Positions 27,800 through 38,700 of a stretch of 64,000 bases of DNA are shown one piece after another. The stretch spans positions 112,374 to 176,373 of the forward strand of contig NW_005434565.1 in the NCBI RefSeq assembly GCF_000315625.1, given 5' to 3'. Each line of letters begins with the position of its first letter. Positions within the stretch are counted from its first letter, which is position 1. The translations under genes and the position numbers were made by a program. Under the pieces are notes generated by a model that had not been told where the DNA came from, did no database searches, and worked only from the letters and a program-made list of their open reading frames with translations. The stretch comes from Guillardia theta CCMP2712. Its lineage: Eukaryota; Protista; Cryptophyta.

Positions 27800-28580
27800 G
27801 CGATGGAGAGACAGGGTGGGTGATGGCGAAAATGTCGGTTAGAATATTTCAGGGGAAAAGGGGGTACTGCATGGTTATCAAGGGGGTGGGGTTAAAAATT
27901 CTGAACAGGTAGGGTTATCCATTTATAAAAGTTGTGGGCGGACATTTTTAGCCAGGGTGGAGGTGGTATGGAATTGAAGGGAGTAGAGGGGGTTGGGGTG
28001 GTAGGTCCACTCCGGAAGTAAAACTTTTCTTTCGGTGAGGGGCTTCCCGTTGGTGTTGAAATAGAGAAATTCTGTATTCTGCCACATTTACTAGAAACAA
28101 CATACTATAATTGAGTAATAATGTATATAATTCAATAAATTTAATGTGTAAATCAGTTTTCTGGGATCTCTTTTTTTGCTGTATTCAATTTCTTCTTCCG
28201 TCCAAAGGACCTTGTCGCAAAATTCCTCCTGTCCTCAACCGAAAACGCCCCCCCACCCCCACGTCAGCAAACCCCCTCTAAAACCATGGTGACTTTAACT
28301 ACCCCCATATTATCCATCTATCACCCCACCTTTTACCAGGAACCCTTCCGGTTCCAACAGCAAAGTCACCCCTGACCCCTTCCCTGAGACTAGGTGATAC
28401 CACCGGTTCCGTTCTCGTCGAGCGACCCCACAGGTGAACTATTTACGGTACCCCTATTTTCCCCAATGACTACCCTCTCTTTCCCCAGAAGGCACAACCA
28501 CCGTACCCTACCCTTTATCATTTCAACCCCTACAGGCTTTCCCTCCACCCGCAATGCCATCCAAGTAAACCCGAGCACTA
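27800..28580. promoter_or_regulatory. Putative bidirectional promoter region: G-tract arm, AT-rich core, C-tract arm
   Basis: Lies between the divergent EDRF1-like and NEK genes. GGGT/GGGGTGG runs at 27810-28010, AT-rich sequence at ~28080-28190, ACCC/CACCCC runs at 28245-28575. Confidence 0.4.
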
Positions 28581-28876
28581 TACCTACTTCGTCTTCTTCA
28601 TACCACCTGCTTTCCTCCCCCCTTTCCTCTCCAAAACCAACCTCTCCTATTTCTCTCTCTCAGTCCTCCTCCTTCCCTAACTTCCTTCTTCTCCAGCTCA
28701 TCCAATTACTTTTCCCTTCTTTTCTGTTTCACACAAACGATTTCCATTGCCATCGCAAATTCATCCTCTCGAACACCTTTCATTATTCAACATCACCAAG
28801 TCTGCTCCCCCTGTCTGGTGCAGCACCCCAGGGAGATTAGTATACTGTTCTGCAGTCTCTTCAACTAGCTTCAGAG

Positions 28877-30239
28877 ATGGTCGCATTTGGTGAATCGGGG
28901 AAGCTCTCGGAATTCAAGAACCTCACCCTCATCGGGAAAGGATCGTTTGGGAAAGTTTATCGAGCTGTTCGTCTGTCGGACAATATCGAGTGAGTCTATT
29001 CCTGAGCGTCTCTCGCGCCCAGTACTGACTCACTGCTGCAGGTATGCCCTCAAAGAGCTGGACATGCGCCCAATGCAACAGCGAGAGAGAGAAGATTGTG
29101 TTAACGAAGTTCGCATCCTTGCCTCCAGTACATGCAATCCTTACATTGTCCGTTATTTCGATGCCTTCATGGAAGGCGAAAGCCTCTGGATTGTCACTGA
29201 ATTGGCAAGAGGAGGCGACATGGACGCCAAAGTCAAGCGGCATCAAAAGCGTGGGGAGTACATGCCTGAAGATATGATCTGGAACTTCTTCATTCAGATT
29301 TGTCAGGGTTTGAAACATCTGCACTCAGCCAATATTTTGCACCGGGACATCAAAGCTCCCAACATCTTCATCACAGGTCCGCGATCGGTGAAAATTGGCG
29401 ACATGGGTGTGGCCAAGTGCACGAGGAGCGGCATGGCGCGGACGCAGATTGGAACGCCTTACTACATGTCCCCTGAGCTATGGAGAAACCTTCCATACGA
29501 TCAGAAGAGCGACATCTGGTCGCTGGGGGTGCTCATCTACGAGTTTGCTGCCCTCAAGCATCCGTTCCAAGCACAGAACGAGCGGCAGCTGTACGAGCGA
29601 GTGATGCGAGGTGCCTACCCTCCCATCCCTCGATGCTACAGCCCGGAACTAGCGAATGTGATCAGAATGATGCTGACTCAAGATGCTTCGAAGAGACCCA
29701 CCACGGATGAGCTCCTTGCCCTCCCAGCAGTCCAGAAGCACTTGGAAAGTGCTGAGACAGCTATGGAAGACATGATCTTCAACAAGGAGTGTCTTGTTGG
29801 CACAATTCAGGTTCCCAGGATCCTCACGCATCTACGAAACAGACTGCCAGGATCCAAGTATGAGCACGACAGCAGGGACATTGGGGAGAACGGCCCAGTG
29901 CCAACCTCACGGAGCTCGGAAGGTAGAACGAAGAGACGTAAGGACCGGGGCAGCGTGATCAAGAGCATGGATGAAGGATTAATCAGGAGGTCGAAATCAG
30001 AAGCTCTTGAAGCCCTTAACTCGGAGTTTTTCTCCAAGAAACATGATTCGCTGCTCCAGAGAAACAGATCGGAAGTGAGTGTCCTCCCAAAGATTCCCTA
30101 CAACATGGCGAAGAATGCAGAGATCGTGAGGATCAGGAGGGACGATGTGCTTGGACGATTACCTCCCATCCCTACGGCCGGCTCGAGATACAGCAGGCAG
30201 GAATTGAGAGCATTCCATGATAGACGACGACCGTGGTGA
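28877..30239 (+). CDS. NIMA-related (NEK) Ser/Thr kinase, CNK2-like
   Basis: ATG 28877 gives MVAFGESGKLSEFKNLTLIGKGSFGKVY; intron 28990-29041; then YALK, EVRIL, HRDIKAPNIF, KIGDMG, TQIGTPYYMSPE, PYDQKSDIWSLG, all typical of NEK kinases. Confidence 0.92.
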
Positions 30240-30388
30240 GATGAACTTGTAGAAAATTCAACCCTTTCCCATTGATGTAATTTAGTCTTAATGTGCGATT
30301 TCACTTGTTCGAGTACAGAGTAACTTCTTTTCAAGGATGTCAACTTACTAATAAAAAGAGAACAATCTACTCGTTGTCTATGTACATG

Positions 30389-32092
30389 TCAATCGCTCGC
30401 CCCATTCCCTTCAAGCGCCTTGCTGCTGCTGAGGCATCTCCAGAACCCTTCCTGGGCCCTCTTGGTGGAATCGATCGCGTCCTGGAACACTGGTTTTGGA
30501 GCAGGCACTTCATCTGTACCCTGGAAATCTTCCAGCAGATCTGTTTGAAGGAGGGCACAGGTGCACGCGGCAACCGACTGGCTCGTGGCTCTAAGACTGT
30601 AGCCCCCCTCCAGAACGAGCACGACTTTCCCTCCTGCCAGTTGCATGCAAGCTTGCGTCATCTTGTAGTAGCACGACGGTGTCACTTGGCACCCACCTAG
30701 TGGGTCACCTTGCGCGGCATCGAACCCAGCGCTGATGAGGACAAGGTCCGGGCGGAATTCTCTTCCTATCGGGAGGAGGAGCTGGTCGAGGACGGCGAGG
30801 TACTCGGCGTCTCCTGCTCCAGGCTTAGGCCAAGCCACGTTGACCGTGAAGCCTTGTCCCTCGCGAGTGCCGCAGGAGGACGAACTGCCGTCGGGGCCTC
30901 CCGGATAGAAAGAGCCTCTGTCATGACGATGGACGGAGAAGAAGAGGACGGACGAGTCCTCAAGAAACATCTTCTGTGTCCCGTTACCATGATGCACATC
31001 CCAGTCGAAGATCAAGATCCTCTTGGCCCACTGCCTCAGCTTCGCTTCCCGTGCCGCTACAGCAACGTTGCCGAAGATGCAGAAACCCATAGCACATGCG
31101 GGCAGCGCGTGATGTCCTGGCGGTCTGACAGCACAGAGCGCCCTTCCAAGTGCGTTGGAGGCGACCATCCTTGTGGCCTCGACCACGGACCCAGCAGCCA
31201 GCAGGGCACACTCCCGAGACTGCGGGCAGAGGTAGACAGAGTTCATCTTGGACGCGATGTCGTCGAGCTCCTTCTGCTCCTCCGGCAACGAGCAGATGGT
31301 GTGCACGTACCCAGCTGCGTGCACAGATGAGAGCTCCTCGGGCCTCGCGAGACGGGCTCGCACCAACTCCATCCTCTGCAGGAGCCCGTGCTGCGCGAGC
31401 TCGGCATAGATGTAGGAGAGGCGGAGCGGCTGCTCGGGGTGAAAGCCGTGGGGCGATTCATGCAGCTCCATCCGTCTGTCGTACACGAGTCCAACTCTGA
31501 ACCGTGGGAGGGTGTCGTGCACAGACTGGTGCGAGCCGACGAGGTCCTGAGGCTCCATACTCAACCACTTGTCGATCTTCTTACTGTCTCTCGTCGAAGG
31601 GCTGGTGCGCGTGCCAGCAGCCTGAGGCTTGACGGCTGGGCTTCCGTTTGGTGCGGAGGCGACGGAGACGTTGATGACTTCGAGCTTGTCGGGGCGAACG
31701 AGATGGCCGTGAAGGGGTTGGCAATCAAAGAGCCTCCTCCCCTTCACTGTCCCGTCATTCTTCCCCACGGCCTCTCGGTACCTCACGCCCACCCAGAAGC
31801 CTATCGGGAGATTCTCTACCTCGCCGATGAAAGCTACCTCACCCTCCTTGCCCTCCACGCGGCAAAGCTGCCCCACACGCAGCTTGGCCGCTGCACTTGC
31901 GAACTCAGCAAGAGCTTGGCTTGAAAGCTGCTTCTTAGCCATCATGTGCGCCCGCACTCGCTCCTCCTTCCATGCAGCGACAGACGCATGCGCGTTTGGC
32001 TTCAGACCATCATCATCGCCTCCTCTGATATTCTCGTTCACAACCGCAAGCTCCCTCATGGCGAGCTTGTCCTCGCCGTCGTTTCCTTGCAT
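30389..32092 (-). CDS. CAP-Gly domain + class IIb (HDAC6-like) deacetylase fusion, intronless, 567 aa
   Basis: CAP-Gly: FWVGVRYREAVGKNDGTVKGRRLFDC. HDAC: HPEQPLRL, NSVY, RPPGHHA, MGFC, DWDVHHGNGTQ, FYPG, SAGFDAAQGDPLGG, LEGGY. An in-frame stop lies upstream of the ATG. Confidence 0.92.
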   Translation of the reverse strand: MQGNDGEDKLAMRELAVVNENIRGGDDDGLKPNAHASVAAWKEERVRAHMMAKKQLSSQALAEFASAAAKLRVGQLCRVEGKEGEVAFIGEVENLPIGFWVGVRYREAVGKNDGTVKGRRLFDCQPLHGHLVRPDKLEVINVSVASAPNGSPAVKPQAAGTRTSPSTRDSKKIDKWLSMEPQDLVGSHQSVHDTLPRFRVGLVYDRRMELHESPHGFHPEQPLRLSYIYAELAQHGLLQRMELVRARLARPEELSSVHAAGYVHTICSLPEEQKELDDIASKMNSVYLCPQSRECALLAAGSVVEATRMVASNALGRALCAVRPPGHHALPACAMGFCIFGNVAVAAREAKLRQWAKRILIFDWDVHHGNGTQKMFLEDSSVLFFSVHRHDRGSFYPGGPDGSSSSCGTREGQGFTVNVAWPKPGAGDAEYLAVLDQLLLPIGREFRPDLVLISAGFDAAQGDPLGGCQVTPSCYYKMTQACMQLAGGKVVLVLEGGYSLRATSQSVAACTCALLQTDLLEDFQGTDEVPAPKPVFQDAIDSTKRAQEGFWRCLSSSKALEGNGASD

Positions 32093-32283
32093 GACTCTCT
32101 CGCCCGCTGGCTCAGCTCATCTGCAAGAGAGGAAATCAGCGCTGCCTTTACTCATTCAACTTGTCGAGCGAATGAAAGCTGGTGATCACCCTCCTCCTTC
32201 CTCAACCTTCTCCAGCAGCACCTCGAAACACTATCTCTCCTTCCTTTCCTTCCTCCCCTCCCTCTCCTTCCTCTCCCTGCCGG

Positions 32284-32364
32284 ATGTACCTGCTGTACCT
32301 GCTGTACCTGCTCATGACTGCTGTACCTGCTGTACCTGCTCATGACTGCTGTACCTGCTGTACC
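32284..32364. repeat. Short tandem repeat (CTGTACCTG units with CTCATGACTG variants)
   Basis: Read directly from the sequence, in the spacer between divergent genes. Confidence 0.8.
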
Positions 32365-32727
32365 CGCTCTTCTTGCATCTCTTCTCCTCCCCCCTCCCTG
32401 CATCCCGCGCACTCTCCTCGCATCCCGCCTTCCCCACCTCGCCCGCTCCCTTCAGTCCCGGCCTGCCTCAGACCCACCTAGACAAACTCGGATGCGACTG
32501 CATGGTTTTTCGGGGAGAGCAAGCAAGGGGTGAAGAGGAGGAGGGGGTCGAGGGAGAGGAGGAGGAGGAGGAGTAGTAGTAGTAGTAGTAGTGAAGAGGA
32601 GGAGGAGGAGGAGGAGCCAAGGAGGAGGAGGAGTGAAGAGGAGGAAGGGGTCGAGGGAGAGGAGGAGGAGGAGGAGGAGGAGATGGAAAGGAGGAAGAGA
32701 GACTAGTTGAAACCGATAGGCACGATA

Positions 32728-35700
32728 ATGTCGCCTGCCCGATGCCTCCTGGTCCTCGCGATGTTGAGCACCGCGAGCAGTCTTGACCCGTTGAGTCCGC
32801 ACGCGTGCAATTGCGGGATGTGCGGTAAAGACGCCATGGTGGAGGAGCTTCTCCTTCAGCGGCAGAGGAAGATGATGAAGCTAGAGACTCTCGTGCTGGG
32901 ATCTTCTCAGGTCCTCGCTGAACGTGACACGGTGGCACTGAGGACTCGATGGGTTGACCTGAACGAGGAGCAGGAAGCAGCCGCTCAGTCTCTTGCTGCC
33001 AGCATGCGCGCTGAGTTTCCTGGCTGCCATGACGAGCTCGAGATGCGGCAGGGAGAATGGATCTCCTTCACATGCAGGCTGAGTGACTGCAAAGTGCTAA
33101 AAAGCCTGTCAGGCTGCATGTCTGTGGGAGAGAAGTCGAAGTTCAGAGTGCCGAACTCGATAGTGCCGGCGCTCTGCCGGGAGATGTTCGTTCATGGGAT
33201 GAGTCTGATCAGCTTTCAGAGCGACGGGACTGATTTTCTCCCTTGCTCCACAGACCTCAACCGATTGCTGTCTATGAATAATCAGCCACCAGCCTCTCTG
33301 GTACAGCAGGGAGCCGCGTGTCTAGAGGTGTTTGTGATCTGCAGAGACATGAGTCCTGTGAGGCATCTCTGTGATGTCTACTGGAAGAGCTTGTCGGTTG
33401 TAAGAAACAACTCAGCGAACAGCACCGAGGACAAGGGAAAAGTGGCCAAGATCAGGTGATAAGGCTCTAGTAAGAGGTAGTTGCGAGACTGACCGGAAGG
33501 AAGCCCGAGGCCTGGGGATGAGGTGGAGATCGCCTGGCAAGCCTTCGAAGAGCGCACAGGAAAGCAGCAGGAGACAACTTCTGGCTTCATCTCCCTCAGG
33601 GTCCCAGGCAAGTCCTCCTCCTCCAACCTCCTCCTCCTCCAACCTCCTCCAACCTCCTCCAACCTCCTCCAACCTCCTCCTCCTCCTCCTCCTCCTCCTC
33701 CTCCTCCTCCTCCCACTCCTCCTCCTCTTCGCCAGATCCTGACGGGGCAGCAGGGACTCAGAACCCCCTGCTCTCAAACGAGGACAACATCAAACTAGCA
33801 ATGCGGAAGAGAAGAGGAGATGAGCAGCAGATGAAGCTCCCAATGGGTGTCTGGGTGGCTGTTGTGTCCCTCATGGGGGAGGGAACTTCGGTCAGCATCT
33901 TCGCCCTGCCCTCCTGTTACTTACCTCCATGAAAGATCGAATGCCTTTGCCCGACCGACACCCAGCAAGGAACTTTCAAGACGTCTTCCTCCTCCAGTCT
34001 TCCTCACAGTGTTCCACAGCGTAAGAACTAATTTTGCGCTATAGCAGCAAGTTGACGTTTCCGCGCAGCAGAGAACTTCACGAGATACCGCGTGCGGCTC
34101 CTTTCATGGAGTGAAGTGTCGGTCATGAGACTCGAGGAACGGACGTTCAACCATGCAAGGAGGAGGAGGAGGAGGTTAGCGATCGTAAAACGCGTGACCC
34201 ATCAGGCAATGGACTTTAAGACAACGTTCAATGACGATGGAACTTGGTCCTCTTACATCAATCCCCATCCTCCCCCTGCTGATTTATCGCCCCCACCGCT
34301 CTCCATTCCCTCCTCCCACTTCTTCCTCTACTTTCCTCCCCCTCATTATCACCCTGTTGGATGTCTCATACAGATGCAGGATACGTGCACAGATTGAAAG
34401 TCGGATAGGATTCCAGCCAGCAAATCAAGATCCCCGAAGGTGAATCTGTTTGCTTCTTTCACGTTGCTAAGTCGAAACAAGTATCCTTCAGGGCCCCGAC
34501 CCCCTCGCCACCTCCACGGTGCCTCTTCCGAGCGCTCTGCGTTCGTTCTTTGACCTTGGAGACCAGGTGATCAGTGCGTGGAAGGAGAAGACTTTCTTTG
34601 TTGGAGACGGAAGTTTGCCGTACGAGGTTGAGAGGGATATCCAATCCCATGACTCTCCTCTGATTTCTCCGGCAGTTGTGCGAATGTCTACAAGAAATGA
34701 TGATCGGAGACGTTTACGTCGTAGCCATTCCCTCTCGCGCTCTCGACGACAGTGATCATTTCTCTCCTCCTCCTCGTCCCTTGACCGTTCTGCAGAATTT
34801 CTCTCTTGGAGCACGAGCATCAAGGATTACAGAATCTTAAAAGCTTGCTTGCTTGACGACAAGAACCTGGGTGCGAATGTACATAGCGAACCGAGCAGTG
34901 GCAACGACGAAGTGGATCAGGATGAGGAGGAAGAGGAGAGGGAAGAGCCAGAAGAGGAGCTCGAGCATTTTCTTCTCTACAAAGTGAAAATCCTCGAAGC
35001 CATTCCTTCGTTCCAGCTCCCACCTCAAGGTCCTCACCCTCCCCAGCAATGGTCCATCTGACAAGGGGTCTGCAGAGCTTCTGCTTCAAGCCAAGAATCG
35101 AATCGCAAGGTCTCGTGGCGGTGTCGGGAGTTTGTGCCTGACTGGCCAAGCAGGGGGGTGCAAGCACGCAGCCTCCAGCATCTGGAAGGTGATCCGAGGA
35201 AGGAGGGAGGGGGGAAGAGAAAGAAGAGAGGAGAGAAATAGAGGAGGGAAAGATGGGGGGAAAGAGGAAGGAGAGAGGAAGGAGAGAGGAAGGAGAGAGG
35301 ATGGAGAGAGGATGGAAACAGAGGAAGGGGGGGGGGGGGGAGAGAAGAGAGTGACATTGTTTGAAGCTGCGGTCGACTTCTTCCTAAAGTCTCACAAGCT
35401 TCTGTCCTCAGCAGCGGTGACATGGGTATACGAGTTGCTGTGCTTGCTGACCGCTGGTGACTTCATGCGCAGTCGTCAGTGGATGGGGAAGAGCTCAGGT
35501 GCAGGGAGAGGAGAGGAGGGGGGTCCGGCAAGTGACTCGTCAGCAGCACCACCCGATTCTCGCTCATGGCCGAAACTTGCCTCGGAGTTTCCAGCTGCCT
35601 GCTCAAGCTCGGAAGGCAGCTGGGCAGGAACTTTATCCCTCTGGTCCGCGACTACTGCAAGCAAGGGCTCGCGTCTCTAGAGACGACCCTCGACGATAGC

Positions 35701-35754
35701 AACACACAGAGAGTGCGCAAGGAGCTGGTTATGACTCTTTCTTCCTGTCGGTAG
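32728..35754 (+). CDS. Signal-peptide protein with degenerate FKBP-type domains and a TPR-like C-terminus (multi-exon)
   Basis: N-terminus MSPARCLLVLAMLSTASS. FKBP-like segments: CMSVGEKSKFRVP; SPRPGDEVEIAW...LPMGVWVAVVSLMGEG...RYRVRLLSW; FFVGDGSLPYE|LCECLQEMMIGDVYVVAIP...LLYKVKIL. TPR-like end: ETCLGVSSCLLKL...RDYCKQGL. Confidence 0.55.
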
Positions 35755-38700
35755 CTGCACCCTGTGCCGGGCTGCTGATGGAGGGGAACACAACCTTCCT
35801 CCGAGGGTCGTAGCGGTATGGAGAGTCGGGACGACACTTTCTCGCACCTGTAGCAGCTGCTGGAGCTGCTGCTGGAACAGGGGGTGGGTCGGGGCTGATG
35901 GCAGGAAGAGGCTGCTCTGCCCCCTTGCTCGTGCGGTTTTTCAGCTGAACTGTGCCGTCAGAGGTGAAGACTTGCTCTGCCGTGTTGTGCTGGCACTCAA
36001 ACTCCTCCAGCAGCGCCGTTGCCTCCTCCATCACCACCAGCCCCCTGCCGTTGGCTCGAGAGGCCCCGAAGGAAAGTTGAGCTCGAGCTTGTTGGGACAA
36101 CAGGATCCCTGACCCTCCGTTGCCCTCGAACGAGCAGAAGCGAGCTTGCATGCTTGCTCCCTCAGTCACGGCGAGCCCGCTGCTCTCGTTGTCATGTACT
36201 CTCATGTCTGAACATGTCACAACTGTTCCGCTCCCTTTCACCGTCAACCCGTTCCTGCCATTGCGCCGCACGTAGCTCTTCCTGCCTCCCTCCGCCCCCC
36301 ACAGGGTCACTGCTGCCCCGTCCTCCACGCTCACTCCGTCCTCCCCGTTAGCATGGATCACCTGCAGGCTGGTGAGAGCAGCAGGAGTCACCCCATCCTC
36401 ACCGTCTCCGACGCTCGCAGCGTCGTTCCGCTCCCCCTCGCCCGAACTCCAGCAGCACGGTTGAGGAGCACATCGCAGCTGTCCAGCTGCACTCCAGCTC
36501 CATCACAGACGAGGACGCCGTCGGTCGCGTTCTCCCGGATGATGGAGGACCGGAGAGACATCCGGCTCCGCTTCTCCTCACACACCACCCCCTCCTGCAC
36601 CTCACGATCTTGCAGCCCGTCAGCACTGCCGACCCCCGCGCTCCCACCGTCAGCCCGTCCTCCATGCACTCGCAGATGATGCTCCCCACCGCCTCCATGG
36701 TCCCCCCCACCAGCACGAGCCCGCAGCTACGACTCTGCTCCGAATCAGCTGGGGAGAGAAGGTGAAGAGGATATCCCACCTTGCTGACAGAGCTGTCCTT
36801 CAGTCTGAGGTCTCCAAAGCTCTTCAAGCAGCTCGACTTCAGCTCGGAGTTGACAAGCTGCGGCAGCACGTCACTTGAAGCGGACAAGTGCAGGAGGGAC
36901 CTCAAGAGAAGCGCCGGCGAGGACGCAGAGAGTGAGGTCTTGCGAGGAGAGGATGCAAGAGGTCAGCTGGAGCTGCTGCTGGGCCTCGCAGATGTTCACT
37001 TGTTGCAGTCACAAAGGTCAGTGGGAGCAGGCGACTTCGTTCAGCTACCTTGTGCCCCGTGCGCCTCTCCCCCTTGAACGTCGACAGTGACACCCACGAG
37101 CGATAAGTTGAGACTCTTGCCGTCAGGTCGTCAGCAGAGCATGTCAGCATCTGCTCGCTCACCAGGTCTCGGCACGAGAGCACGCAATCAAGGGAAGTAC
37201 ATCCGTAGGCTGATACTATGGAGATGTGTTTCATCTCCTTCAGCGGGGTTCCTGATGTGTGATGGAGGTGAGAACGGCAGAGAAGCTGAGTGTTTTCAAC
37301 CTGTCAGCTCGTATCGACCTCGGCCAATGATAACAGCGTCGTGGTCTTGTGCTTGCTCCAGCAAGGAGTTGATGACAAACACGTCTTCATCGACTTCGAA
37401 CATGGTGTAGTGGAAGGTCTGAAGGAGGTCGATGAAAGCCTGAGAATCCTTGACTTGACCGTCTAGTTCAGCTTGTTTCACTTCTCTCGCTCTGTCTCTT
37501 CCATCTCTCACGATGATGGCTCTTCCTGTCAATCTGTTCTCAACCATCTGCTCTATGCTGAAGTCTCCGGGAATGCTGACGTCATCAGCTGCTAGCGATG
37601 TGCCTGGCTGATCTTGTTGGGGTTTGGTGTAGGCGATCATACCCTTCTCCCTCATGATCTTCTTCCTCTGCATCGACCCTCTTCGCTTCAGCAGCGACGA
37701 GTAGCAGAAGTGAGAAAACTCCTCCATGCTCAGAACTCCATCTTCGTCAACGTCGTTCTGTCGGATCATGGCATACACCTCCCCCTCCATCTTCTTCATC
37801 CCCAGCACCTCCATGGCCTCGCTCAGCTCCGCAACCCCAACACGCCCTGACCCGTCAACGTCCATCTTCTCGAAGATCTCCTGGATTGCTCGGACGAGCT
37901 CGTCTCCTGTCAACCCGTCGATCTTCTGCGTGAATAGCACAGACGCCTTGGAGATGCCGGCCCAGGAGCGGAAGGTCAACCCCAGCTGAAACTTTGGGGA
38001 GAAGAACGAGCTGGCGATCTTCATGTTCGGCTGGCTGTGCTGAGCGATGTCTTCGTTGACGCTCCCAAAGATAGCGCAGTTGACAACCTTTATCACTGCG
38101 GCGTCTTGCGACCACACCCCGTAGCCGTTGCCCTTGACTGTAGAGTGACTGACGTGAACGGAGGTCTCGCGCTCCTTCAAGTCCTTGTCTTGGATCCCGA
38201 TGGCTAAGATCCCGATGCTCTCGTTGTCCAGTACCGCACACTTGCGGAGCTCGACGCTGCTGCCGTTGAGGATCCAGAGCCCGTTCTTCTTGCTCTGCGT
38301 CACTTTGGTCTGCAGCATCGACAAGCTTGTCTGGTAGTCGTTCACACTCACTCCGCTCCATCTCGATCGCGATATCATGCTGCCTTCCACCTTCACCTGC
38401 GCTCCCTTGCCGACTACAAGTCCTCTCTGACCGCTCTCGGTGACTTCGAGGGCGATCCCGAGGAAAGAGACGCCTCCTCCCTTCACGTCTACTCCATCCT
38501 TGGCACACTCACACACCTTCACCTCAGCAAGTTCTACTCTCCCCTGCTCCATCACAAGGACCCCGTTTCCTCCGCATCCTCTTACTTGACTTGCCTTCAT
38601 CATCAGCGCTGCCCCTTCCCCCTCGCCCTTCACCACAACTCCGTTGCCTGCCTCCGTCGTGACATCTACATGCACCAGCTCCATCCTACCGCCCTCGACC

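Noticed and set aside
28887-29041. ORF-track N-terminus of the NEK (MVNRGSSRNS...)
   Set aside because: It reads through an intron in the wrong frame; the real exon 1 with GKGSFG starts at ATG 28877.
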